Counted from the stretch's first letter, positions 49,632 to 57,190 are shown. The stretch: DNA of 64,000 nucleotides from Candidatus Marinacidobacterales bacterium (GCA_965262245.1 OZ253507.1:5319728-5383727); one strand, 5' to 3'. Notes: a model not told the origin generated them from the sequence alone. Numbers and translations: made by a program.

Positions 49632-51083
49632 CTAGCTCTTCAAGGCGTCCGCGACCTTCGCGAGCAGAATGTGTCTCTGCGAGGGCTTTTGCACGACCCC
49701 TGCGAGGCCGGCACCCTCGAAGCGGTTCAACATCTCCTGCTCCGTGAATCCGCTGCAGAGGATCACGCGGATGTCGCTACGGATCTCGCGAAGCTCGGCG
49801 AAAACCTCTTCTCCGTCCAGCTTCGGCATGCTGAGATCCAGCAGCACGCTCCCGCCAATCGCCTCGGAGGCATTGGTGATCAAGTTCATGACCACTTGAC
49901 GCAACTGACTGCGATCCGCCAAGACGCCCAGCGGCGCTTCGTCTAGTTCGTAGACGAGGCTCACCTTCTTCGACAGTGCCACCTTCAGCAACTCGCCGAG
50001 CTCCCTTACGAGGGCGTTGCAGTCGACGATCTCGATCGAACTGGCGCCCCGTCCCGCATAGGTCAACATCTGATTGCAGAGGTCGGTGGCGGTGACGCTC
50101 GCGGTCACGATCCGCTGCAGCATTTGTCGAGCCTTGGCGTCGTCGGGGAGCTTCGTCATCGCGAGCTCCGCGTTGCCCATGACGGTCGTCAACAGGTTGT
50201 TGAAGTCATGTGCCACACCGCCGGCTAGGACGCCGATGGCCTCCATCTTCGTCGCCTGCCGCAGTTGTTCTTCCAAACGATCACGCTCGACGGCGAGACC
50301 CACCATGCGGGCGGCGATTTCGAGCACGTCCATCTCGTGTTGCGTCGGTGCGTTGGGTTTGGTGTCGTAAAGGGCCATCGCGCCAAGGACATCACCGCCG
50401 CTCGTTCCGGTGATCGGAACCGACCAGCACGACATAACCCCGGCGATTGCGGCCGCTTCGCGCAGGTCTTTCCAGAGCGGGTCCTGACTGATGTCCTCGA
50501 CGACAATCGGCACGTTCCAGTACGAAGCGGTTCCGCAGGAGCCTACCGCAGGTCCGATGCGCAACCCTTCGACGGCAGCGTTGTAGTCGGCCGGCAAGCT
50601 AGGGCCGGCACCAACGGTGACGTATTCGTGCTCTGGGTCGACGAGCAGGATCGAACATCTCAGCCCGTCGGTCTTCGCCTCAACGATGTGCACCATCGCC
50701 TCCAGCGTCTCCGAGAGCGTCGTACGCTGAGAGGGGACATCGGAGCCGTCCGCTTTGGTCGCGGCGTCGGACTCATCTTCGAGCAAGCCGAGCGCTACAG
50801 CGTTCCCGCTATTTCTCATCACCCTCCACTCGAGAAACGTCCACTCGTCTTGCTTGGTTCTATGCCGCGCTCGCAGGGAGCCGTCTCCGGCGTTCAGCTC
50901 TTGCTCCATGGTTTTCCTGTCGTCGGGATGAATCCAATCTAGGAACGGCCGCGCGGCGAGCTCTTCGCTCGTGAGGCCGAACTGTTCCGTGAACGCCCCG
51001 TTGACTCGCAGGATCTCACCAGGATCTGCCGAGCGCAGAATCATGGGACGACTTGATTGGGAAGTCATGTGCGTCATTCTCAC
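49632..51083 (-). CDS. PAS-GAF-HisKA sensor protein with a truncated ATPase domain fused to the distal half of a receiver domain
   Basis: The H-box is GGVAHDFNNLL. The N-box NLITNASEAIGG runs straight into SVLLDLSMPKLDGEEVF..KPSQ. No G1/G2 boxes are present. Confidence 0.7.
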   Translation of the reverse strand: MRMTHMTSQSSRPMILRSADPGEILRVNGAFTEQFGLTSEELAARPFLDWIHPDDRKTMEQELNAGDGSLRARHRTKQDEWTFLEWRVMRNSGNAVALGLLEDESDAATKADGSDVPSQRTTLSETLEAMVHIVEAKTDGLRCSILLVDPEHEYVTVGAGPSLPADYNAAVEGLRIGPAVGSCGTASYWNVPIVVEDISQDPLWKDLREAAAIAGVMSCWSVPITGTSGGDVLGAMALYDTKPNAPTQHEMDVLEIAARMVGLAVERDRLEEQLRQATKMEAIGVLAGGVAHDFNNLLTTVMGNAELAMTKLPDDAKARQMLQRIVTASVTATDLCNQMLTYAGRGASSIEIVDCNALVRELGELLKVALSKKVSLVYELDEAPLGVLADRSQLRQVVMNLITNASEAIGGSVLLDLSMPKLDGEEVFAELREIRSDIRVILCSGFTEQEMLNRFEGAGLAGVVQKPSQRHILLAKVADALKS

Positions 51084-51265
51084 CGCTCACGCGGACATCG
51101 CGAGCGGAGATCTGATGCTGATGCTCGGCACAACAGCCGGCGAGCACATCAAAAACATTCGGCGTGGCGTGGCCCGCCGCCACCTCCAGGTGGTGCTCCG
51201 TCGCGGTGAGGTATCCCTACTTTATAGATCTCAAATTTAGGTCTATTTCATAGTACCATCGATGG

Positions 51266-51508
51266 GTGAAAGTCACCCAAAAGATCCAGCTCGAAGAAAA
51301 GGACCTCGACTTCATCGAAGCGGTCTTCTCTATCCTGGATTACAAGACCAAAAGCGAGTACATGCGGGAAGCGATTCTGGCCAAGATCCGTGATGACAAA
51401 AAAAAACTGCGCGAGATGAAGTGCCGGGAGGCGATGGAAGCCTACGGCGAGGAGACGACGGACAACGTCTTCGAATCCATCGAGGCGGACGATTTTGAAG
51501 ACCGGTGA
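51266..51508 (+). CDS. Antitoxin partner of the MazF-like toxin
   Basis: An 80-aa acidic-tailed ORF that overlaps the toxin gene by 14 nt. Confidence 0.6.
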   Translation: MKVTQKIQLEEKDLDFIEAVFSILDYKTKSEYMREAILAKIRDDKKKLREMKCREAMEAYGEETTDNVFESIEADDFEDR

Positions 51509-51854
51509 CGTTTACCTCGTGAATCTCGATCCCACCGTAGGTGACGAGATCCGCAAGCGGCGCCCGGTCGTGGTGCTCAACCCCGGGCACGATGAAAAGC
51601 TGCGCCTTTCGATCATCGTTCCGATTACGGCGTGGAACGCCCGTTGGGAGACCAATCCGTTCTTCTTGACCATCCACCCCGAGGGCCGCCACGGCTTAGA
51701 AAAGAAATCTGCCGTCGACTGTTTTCAATTGAGGGCCCTGAGTCACGGTCGTTTCGTGAAGAAACTCGGATCTTTGAATCGGTACGAGATCGATCACATC
51801 AAATCTTCGGTCGCGCTCATCCTCGGCATCGAACCGGAACACTGCGAGCTATAG
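51495..51854 (+). CDS. mazF: MazF/PemK-family endoribonuclease toxin
   Basis: The ORF reads GDVYLVNLDPTVGDEIRKRRPVVVLN..IIVPIT..AVDCFQLRALS. Confidence 0.8.
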   Translation: MKTGDVYLVNLDPTVGDEIRKRRPVVVLNPGHDEKLRLSIIVPITAWNARWETNPFFLTIHPEGRHGLEKKSAVDCFQLRALSHGRFVKKLGSLNRYEIDHIKSSVALILGIEPEHCEL

Positions 51855-51866
51855 ACAGGTCACCGG

Positions 51867-53618
51867 CTAATACCGCCAGCTGGTCAGGTCCGCTCCCGGC
51901 GGCGCGGACTCACGGATGCGCTCCAGTATTCTCGGGATGTACATCACGTTGTATCTGAGGCGCGAAAGCCCGTTCGGTCTCGTGTGGTCGCCGTTCCAGC
52001 AATGCCCGGCGCGCGGCTCGTAGTCCACCACGCCCGCGTAGTAGGGATCCGTCGTGTTCTCGAGAAACTCTTCCATGAGGTAAACGGCGTTGTTGAGATA
52101 GGAGTTGTCCATCTCCCCGACGTAGATGTGGATCTTGCCGACGAGCTTTGGTCCCAAGCTCGCCCAGTCTCGCTCGAGAATGTAGCGTAGGTCGTAGTTC
52201 TCTCTCATGTACTCGGCCACTTCCCTGTCGATAACGCCGGTCTTCTTGTCCCACAGGTGGCGCGGGTAGCCATCCTCACCCGCCGGGCCGAAGAGCGTGA
52301 GCCATACGTCGCGCTGGCCGTTCGAACGACCTTTGGTGCCGATCACGAGCTCTTTGTGGTTCACATCTTCGAGTGTCGTCGTGACCTGACCGAGCGTCGT
52401 GCGGCTTCGCGGGCGGGTGGTGCGCTTCCACGGACCCTCGACGAAGTAGGCGTTGTCGTCTTCGTAGATGTTCACCAAAGTGTAGGCGCGAAAGTCGATC
52501 GGATCGGGACACCCGGCGAATGCGCCGTTGTACTCTTCGGGGTAGAAGATCTGAACGGCAAGCGCTTCCCAACCTCCGGTGGAGCCTCCGTAGAGGAATC
52601 GAGCCCAGCCTTCGCCGATCCCCCGGAACTTCTCTTCGATGTGTGGGATGAGCTCGTAGGTAATAGCGTCTCCGTACGGGCCCATATTCACCGAGTTCAC
52701 CGCGTAGGAGTCGTCGAAATAGGGAGTCGGGTGTTGGACTTGGACGATCAGCACGCGGGGGAAATCAGGTCCCGTCCATCGCTGATAGAACTCATAGGCG
52801 TGCTCCTGAACGACGACGTTGTAGCCTTCGATGTCGAAGCGCGCGCTGTATTCCGGCTCGAGATCCGGATCGGGGGGCGTCTCGCGGAAGCCCCCGAAGT
52901 CGGAGGGAAAATGACCGTGGAAGATCGCGAGCGGGTATCTCGCCTCGGGATGCTCGTCGAAGCCTTTGGGCAAGAGAACGTGCGCGCCGAGCTCGGTCGG
53001 TCGCCCCCAGAACTCAGTCAGGAGCTTGCTCTCGAGCTGAATGTGCTTGACGTATTTCGTGTCCGTGGGCCGCTCGATTTCTGGGATCTCCTGGTCCATG
53101 GAGGTCCGAATCGTGTCATTGCTTTCCGGGTCGATGGTGACCTTTCGAGGCAGGGAGTAGAGATTGCCCGGCTTGCGCTCCCAGTGCTGCCCCTCTCCCT
53201 TGTCCGGCGGAAGCTCGAGCACGCGCCCGTCACCGAGATGGAACGTTTCGTATCGGTTGAGGACGGCCTGCACCCAATACTCTCCTTTTGGTATCTCGGC
53301 AAGACTTGCTCGCGGATAGCCGAATACTTCCGCGTCGATCACGGCGATCTCGCCGGGAGAGAGCCCGTCCGCGTCGATACCAAAAAGGAGCTGGGTGTCG
53401 GGACCATTTCCGATCTGAAACCGCGGCTCGCGCTCGTCGTTGTCCGAGATCGCCAGTAGCACGCGGCCATCGAGAGGCTCCGAGCTGAGCTCTTCGGGAA
53501 AGGAAATCGCAAAGGAAAGATTTGAGGACTCGTTATTGGCCGGGCCGCCGCTCTCGCATGAAACGAGAAGCCCCGCGGTAAGCACGGCGCTCGAAACAAT
53601 CTCTATCGCGTTTCGCAT
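51867..53618 (-). CDS. Lipoprotein, putative esterase (alpha/beta fold)
   Basis: The lipobox is LLVSC. A GGSTGG nucleophile motif sits within FLYGGSTGGWEAL. Confidence 0.55.
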   Translation of the reverse strand: MRNAIEIVSSAVLTAGLLVSCESGGPANNESSNLSFAISFPEELSSEPLDGRVLLAISDNDEREPRFQIGNGPDTQLLFGIDADGLSPGEIAVIDAEVFGYPRASLAEIPKGEYWVQAVLNRYETFHLGDGRVLELPPDKGEGQHWERKPGNLYSLPRKVTIDPESNDTIRTSMDQEIPEIERPTDTKYVKHIQLESKLLTEFWGRPTELGAHVLLPKGFDEHPEARYPLAIFHGHFPSDFGGFRETPPDPDLEPEYSARFDIEGYNVVVQEHAYEFYQRWTGPDFPRVLIVQVQHPTPYFDDSYAVNSVNMGPYGDAITYELIPHIEEKFRGIGEGWARFLYGGSTGGWEALAVQIFYPEEYNGAFAGCPDPIDFRAYTLVNIYEDDNAYFVEGPWKRTTRPRSRTTLGQVTTTLEDVNHKELVIGTKGRSNGQRDVWLTLFGPAGEDGYPRHLWDKKTGVIDREVAEYMRENYDLRYILERDWASLGPKLVGKIHIYVGEMDNSYLNNAVYLMEEFLENTTDPYYAGVVDYEPRAGHCWNGDHTRPNGLSRLRYNVMYIPRILERIRESAPPGADLTSWRY

Positions 53619-53717
53619 AACGCGCGCAGTCTATCTTAGTAGACCCGGCAGGAGGTACTCAGGAACTTGACACGCACACCTCGCATGCGGTACCAACGAG
53701 CCAGCAGAGGAGGCGCC

Positions 53718-55088
53718 ATGCACGCGATTCTAGTCTTCGTCGCGCTCACTTTTGTTCTCTCGATTCCTGGCGAAGCCCAGCCGCAATCCTCCGCGGACGC
53801 TCACGTCATTCTAATTTCTCTGGACGGATTCGCGGCCTCCCGCCTGGAGGGCGAGGAGCTCGAGCTGCCCAACTTGAGGGCGGTAGCGCGATCCGGCGCG
53901 TGGGCTAAGAGCAGTGAGACCGTTTTTCCCAGCACCGATCTTCCCGCGCATACTTCGATTCTGACCGGTGTTCCTCCGCGACTTCACCGAGTGCTCGGCA
54001 ACCGCATGCACAATCGTGAGACCGGGGAGTACTTTCAAGTCACGAACAAGCCCCGCTCGGAGACTGTCAAGGTACTGACCCTTTTCGACGCGGCGAAGAG
54101 CAAAGGGTACCGCACCGCCTCATTTTTCTGGCCGGCGAGTCGAGAGGACCCCGCGGTGGATCACAACATCCCCTTCGTGCTCACCGGGGACCTGAGAGCG
54201 GACATCAACGCATCCGACCCCGCCTTTCTCGAGGAGCTTCGTGAGAACGAAGTGTTTATCGACTTTTTCTTTTCCTGGTACAGCGACCTTCCTCTACAAG
54301 TCACGTCGGATCGAATTTTGACGCGGGCCGCGGTTCACGTCATCGAGAAATACAAACCGCAGTTGCTCGCGATCCGACTGCCCGCGATGGACCGCTATCA
54401 ACACGAATATGGGCCGGACCACTATCTCGCGAAGGCCGCCTTTACCGCAGCGGACTACAACGTCGGGCTGATTCGCCGCGCGACCGAACGCGCCGGGATC
54501 GCTAACGAGACGACTTTGGTCATCGTCTCCGACCATGGGTTCCATACGATCGAGCATTCCGTCAACGTCCACCCGTTGTTCGAACAGGCAGGTCTTCTCG
54601 AAGAAGTCAATCTGCACCCTTACTACTTGTCCGTTGTCGTCGAGCTGACGGAGCAGTTCGATGCGCAAAAGCATCAGAAATCTCTCGACCGCGTCTTCGA
54701 GAAGGCGCTGGCACTCGAGGGGATTTCCCGCGTGGTTCGCCCCTACGAGTTCGCAGAGCTCGGCCTACCGAGTTATGACGAAGACCCCCATGTGTTGGGA
54801 CACTACATCTTCTTAGGGGACTCGGACACGCGCGTCGTCATCGACGAGGCTAGCGAATCGACCCGAAGAACGGTCTTGAGCGCCCCGATTCACGCTCATG
54901 ACTATATTCCGGACGACGATCACATCGACCCCCTTTTTCTCATCGCAGGGAATGGGATCCGCTCGGGAGTCCGGCTCGGCAGAGTTCACAACCTCGACGT
55001 GGCACCGACGATCGCCTATTTGCTAGACCTGCAGATGAGTAACTTGAGCGGCAAGATTCTTTCGGAGGCCTTGATAGACCCACCGTAG
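53718..55088 (+). CDS. Type I phosphodiesterase / nucleotide pyrophosphatase (alkaline-phosphatase superfamily), secreted
   Basis: The start is at MHAILVFVALTFVLS. Motifs are VILISLDGFAASRL, FPSTDLPAHTSILTG and IVSDHGF. Confidence 0.75.
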   Translation: MHAILVFVALTFVLSIPGEAQPQSSADAHVILISLDGFAASRLEGEELELPNLRAVARSGAWAKSSETVFPSTDLPAHTSILTGVPPRLHRVLGNRMHNRETGEYFQVTNKPRSETVKVLTLFDAAKSKGYRTASFFWPASREDPAVDHNIPFVLTGDLRADINASDPAFLEELRENEVFIDFFFSWYSDLPLQVTSDRILTRAAVHVIEKYKPQLLAIRLPAMDRYQHEYGPDHYLAKAAFTAADYNVGLIRRATERAGIANETTLVIVSDHGFHTIEHSVNVHPLFEQAGLLEEVNLHPYYLSVVVELTEQFDAQKHQKSLDRVFEKALALEGISRVVRPYEFAELGLPSYDEDPHVLGHYIFLGDSDTRVVIDEASESTRRTVLSAPIHAHDYIPDDDHIDPLFLIAGNGIRSGVRLGRVHNLDVAPTIAYLLDLQMSNLSGKILSEALIDPP

Positions 55089-55091
55089 GCA

Positions 55092-55400
55092 CGTTCGACT
55101 GTTGGATTGGAATGTCTACGAAACAGAAAGGGCAATTCGTCGCTCTCGACCCGGATACGGGCGAGCTCCTGTGGAGCTCGAAAGGCCGCATGGGCGACAA
55201 CGCCGCCTTCGTGGTCGCGGGCGATACCTCCTCATTCTCGACAACAGCGCCGAGCTAGCTATCCTTCCGCAAGACGCGAAGGCGTTCGAGCCGCATCGGC
55301 GCTACCGTGTGGCGGACACGGAGACTTGGGCACATCCCGTTCCCACGAAAGTAGGCATTCTTATCAAAGAGCTCGATAGCCTGGCCCTTGGAGGTAAGAA
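55092..55400 (+). pseudogene. C-terminal fragment of a PQQ-like beta-propeller protein, one frameshift
   Basis: GQFVALDPDTGELLWSSKGRMGDNAAFVVAGD is followed, in another frame, by LLILDNSAELAILPQDAKAFEPHRRYRVADTETWAHPVPTKVGILIKE. It starts directly after the preceding gene's stop. Confidence 0.55.
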
Positions 55401-55644
55401 GCAAAAAACTCTTTACAAAACGGCAACTACAGTGTATACTCAATTCGGACGTGAAATGAAACGCACCGCAAAGCAACTCTCGCATCTGACCCGGGCCGGT
55501 AAAGGCCGGAGGACGGCGGAGCTGTCTATGTCATCGACCATTGAATCCTCCTCGACGTGGCAAATAAAGCTTCGAGGGATTTATTTGAGTTTCGTCGAGA
55601 GAAGGGGCTTCATGAACTAGGACCCAAGGCGACCTAGCCAATGA

Positions 55645-55676
55645 AGCCCGACGCCGAAAGGCAGTCGGGCTTTTTC
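55645..55676 (+). terminator. Rho-independent terminator-like hairpin
   Basis: The hairpin is AGCCCGAC-GCCGAAAGGCA-GTCGGGCT followed by TTTTT. Confidence 0.6.
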
Positions 55677-55705
55677 AGTTTCAGGGGGAAGGCAGGCCAG
55701 TTAAG

Positions 55706-55780
55706 GCTCCTGTGGTGTAGGGGTTAGCATGCGAGACTTTCAATCTTGTGATCCGGGTTCGAGTCCCGGCAGGAGTACCA
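55706..55780 (+). tRNA. tRNA-Glu (UUC)
   Basis: Hand-folded cloverleaf: acceptor GCTCCTG/CAGGAGT, anticodon arm CGAGA-CTTTCAA-TCTTG, T-arm CCGGG-TTCGAGT-CCCGG, A73, encoded CCA. Confidence 0.85.
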
Positions 55781-55789
55781 AAGTGAAGA

Positions 55790-55876
55790 GGAAGGGTACC
55801 CAAGTGGTAAGGGGCCGGTTTGCTAAACCGGTAGGTCGTTCGCGGCGCGAGGGTTCAAATCCCTCTCCTTCCTCCA
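55790..55876 (+). tRNA. tRNA-Ser (GCU), class II
   Basis: Hand fold: acceptor GGAAGGG/TCCTTCC, anticodon arm CCGGT-TTGCTAA-ACCGG, long variable arm, T-arm GAGGG-TTCAAAT-CCCTC, encoded CCA. Confidence 0.85.
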
Positions 55877-55881
55877 TTCGT

Positions 55882-55958
55882 AGGCGATTAGCTCAGTTGC
55901 GAAGAGCGCCTGTTTTACACGCAGGAGGCCGAAGGTTCGACTCCTTCATCGCCTACCA
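55882..55958 (+). tRNA. tRNA-Val (UAC)
   Basis: Hand fold: acceptor AGGCGAT/ATCGCCT, anticodon arm CCTGT-TTTACAC-GCAGG, T-arm GAAGG-TTCGACT-CCTTC, A73, CCA. The D-loop reads AGTTGCGAA, so GG is not in its usual place. Confidence 0.8.
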
Positions 55959-55966
55959 CTTTCTTT

Positions 55967-56042
55967 CCGGCATGGGGTGGCTGGTTGTGACCGCACGTCT
56001 GATAAGCGTGTAAGCATCGTTCGATTCGATGATGCCGGACCA
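55967..56042 (+). tRNA. tRNA-Ile (GAU)
   Basis: Hand fold: acceptor CCGGCAT/ATGCCGG (C1-G72), anticodon arm CACGT-CTGATAA-GCGTG, T-arm CATCG-TTCGATT-CGATG, A73, CCA. Confidence 0.8.
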
Positions 56043-56064
56043 GATTGACGGGCGTTGGTGTAGT

Positions 56065-56139
56065 AGCGGAGTGGCGCAATGGTAGCGCGTCGGGCTCATA
56101 ACTCGAAGGCCGAGAGTTCGAATCTCTCCTCCGCCACCA
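56065..56139 (+). tRNA. tRNA-Met (CAU) with an A1xC72 mismatch
   Basis: Hand fold: acceptor AGCGGAG/CTCCGCC, D-arm GCGC-AATGGTA-GCGC, anticodon arm TCGGG-CTCATAA-CTCGA, T-arm GAGAG-TTCGAAT-CTCTC, A73, CCA. Confidence 0.8.
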
Positions 56140-56205
56140 AACTTGAAGAGAGAAAAAGAAGGAGTAGGCAGATGGAATCCGAAGACGGTTCGTCATCCTC
56201 GATGA

Positions 56206-56292
56206 GGAGGGTGCCGCTGAATGGCCGGCAACCGGTCTCGAAAACCGGGGTGGCTCGCAAGGCCAAGGGTTCGATTCCTTCACCCTCCTCCA
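56206..56292 (+). tRNA. tRNA-Ser (CGA), class II
   Basis: Hand fold: acceptor GGAGGGT/ACCCTCC, anticodon arm CCGGT-CTCGAAA-ACCGG, long variable arm, T-loop TTCGATT, CCA. Confidence 0.8.
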
Positions 56293-56359
56293 GCCTTCAC
56301 CCGATGCAGTTCACGTGGGCTTCGGCTAGGTAAACCCTGGTAGTTGCGCTGCGAAGGCT

Positions 56360-56396
56360 GTCCGCCGTAGCGCGAAGCGCGAAGGCGGACTTTATT
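56360..56396 (+). terminator. Terminator-like hairpin inside the tRNA array
   Basis: The hairpin is GTCCGCC-GTAGCGCGAAGCGCGAA-GGCGGAC followed by TTTATT. Confidence 0.4.
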
Positions 56397-56487
56397 GTAG
56401 CGGCTGCGGAGACGGTGGACCGCGCCGGGTTGTAGCCCGGGATTCGCGAGAGCGGCGTTGGGGGTTCGAATCCTCCCCGCTACACCA
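56397..56487 (+). tRNA. tRNA-Tyr (GUA), class II, irregular anticodon arm
   Basis: Hand fold: acceptor GTAGCGG/CCGCTAC, D-arm GCGG-AGACGGTGGA-CCGC, anticodon region CCGGG-TTGTAG(C)-CC(C)GG, 18-nt variable arm, T-arm GGGGG-TTCGAAT-CCTCC, A73, CCA. Confidence 0.7.
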
Positions 56488-56493
56488 GATCGT

Positions 56494-56568
56494 GCCGGCG
56501 TGATTGCAACTGGCAGACACACTCGGCTCAAACCCGAGTTGGTGGTGGTTCGAGTCCACCCGCCGGTA
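56494..56568 (+). tRNA. tRNA-like gene with anticodon CAA (Leu by anticodon) but a short variable arm; poor D-stem, no encoded CCA
   Basis: Hand fold: acceptor GCCGGCG/CGCCGGT, anticodon arm CTCGG-CTCAAAC-CCGAG, 5-nt variable loop TTGGT, T-arm GGTGG-TTCGAGT-CCACC, A73, followed by TCA. Confidence 0.5.
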
Positions 56569-56587
56569 TCAAGTTTTAGTTTCAAGT

Positions 56588-56663
56588 GCTTCGGTAGCTC
56601 AGCAGGTAGAGCGTCCCGTTGAAGCCGGGAAGGGCGTTCGTTCGATTCGGACTCGGAGCACCA
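56588..56663 (+). tRNA. tRNA-Phe (GAA)
   Basis: Hand fold: acceptor GCTTCGG/TCGGAGC, D-arm GCTC-AGCAGGTA-GAGC, anticodon arm TCCCG-TTGAAGC-CGGGA, T-arm GTTCG-TTCGATT-CGGAC, A73, CCA. Confidence 0.85.
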
Positions 56664-56669
56664 ATTAGC

Positions 56670-56745
56670 GCGACCGTGGTGTTCAACGGCAGCATGCGAG
56701 CCTTCCAAGCTTGGGGTGCGGGTTCGAGTCCCGCCGGTCGCTCCA
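56670..56745 (+). tRNA. tRNA-Gly (UCC)
   Basis: Hand fold: acceptor GCGACCG/CGGTCGC, anticodon arm CGAGC-CTTCCAA-GCTTG, T-arm GCGGG-TTCGAGT-CCCGC, U73, CCA. Confidence 0.85.
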
Positions 56746-56755
56746 AATAGTACGT

Positions 56756-56832
56756 AGCTCCGTAGCCCAACTGGCAGAGGCAACGGACCGAGATTCCGTC
56801 CAGTGGGAGTTCGAATCTCCCCGGAGCTACCA
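56756..56832 (+). tRNA. Class-I tRNA with anticodon GAG (Leu by anticodon), C33, A73
   Basis: Hand fold: acceptor AGCTCCG/CGGAGCT, D-arm GCCC-AACTGGCAG-AGGC, anticodon arm ACGGA-CCGAGAT-TCCGT, 5-nt variable loop CCAGT, T-arm GGGAG-TTCGAAT-CTCCC, CCA. Confidence 0.7.
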
Positions 56833-56856
56833 GTTCGAGGAGAACGAAGATGATTT

Positions 56857-56931
56857 ACGCCCGTAGTTCAACGGCAGAATGGCTGGCTTTTAACCAGTTC
56901 GATGGAGGTTCGAATCCTCCCGGGCGTACCA
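56857..56931 (+). tRNA. tRNA-Lys (UUU)
   Basis: Hand fold: acceptor ACGCCCG/CGGGCGT, D-arm GTTC-AACGGCA-GAAT, anticodon arm GCTGG-CTTTTAA-CCAGT, T-arm GGAGG-TTCGAAT-CCTCC, A73, CCA. Confidence 0.85.
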
Positions 56932-56944
56932 ACGGCTTCTCGCT

Positions 56945-57014
56945 TCCGGGAGTTCTGGGACGGCAGGGTGTCCAAAGCCCAAGCAGCAGGGTTCGATTCC
57001 TTGTCCCGGTGCCA
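56945..57014 (+). tRNA. Short (70 nt) tRNA-Trp (CCA)-like gene with a reduced D-arm
   Basis: Hand fold: acceptor TCCGGGA/TCCCGGT (U1xU72), only ~11 nt where the D-arm should be, anticodon region (A)GGGT-GTCCAAA-GCCC(A), T-arm CAGGG-TTCGATT-CCTTG, G73, CCA. Confidence 0.45.
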
Positions 57015-57020
57015 ATCATC

Positions 57021-57096
57021 AGCTCGGTAGTCCAACGGCAGAGACAGCGGGCTTAGACCCCGTCTAGTGAGAGTTCGAATCTCTCCCGAGCTACCA
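57021..57096 (+). tRNA. Canonical class-I cloverleaf with anticodon UAG (Leu by anticodon), A73
   Basis: Hand fold: acceptor AGCTCGG/CCGAGCT, D-arm GTCC-AACGGCAG-AGAC, anticodon arm GCGGG-CTTAGAC-CCCGT, 5-nt variable loop CTAGT, T-arm GAGAG-TTCGAAT-CTCTC, CCA. Confidence 0.8.
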
Positions 57097-57114
57097 AATC
57101 AAGATCTCATTTGA

Positions 57115-57190
57115 GCGTCAGTGGTCTAACCGATAAGGCACTTGGCTTCGAACCAAGGCGTTGCGGGTTCAACTCCTGCCTGGCGCTCCA
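57115..57190 (+). tRNA. tRNA-Arg (UCG)
   Basis: Hand fold: acceptor GCGTCAG/CTGGCGC, D-arm GTCT-AACCGATA-AGGC (no GG in the D-loop), anticodon arm CTTGG-CTTCGAA-CCAAG, T-arm GCGGG-TTCAACT-CCTGC, U73, CCA. Confidence 0.8.

Noticed and set aside
55915-56783. Minus-strand ORFs of 122 and 167 aa, and plus-strand ORFs (55729-56013, 56079-56333, 56850-57056, 57111-57296), across the tRNA array.
   Set aside because: They are made entirely of tRNA gene sequence and its complement. The array structure explains the open frames. The ATG at 56172 follows AAGGAG, but the frame simply reads into tRNA-Ser.
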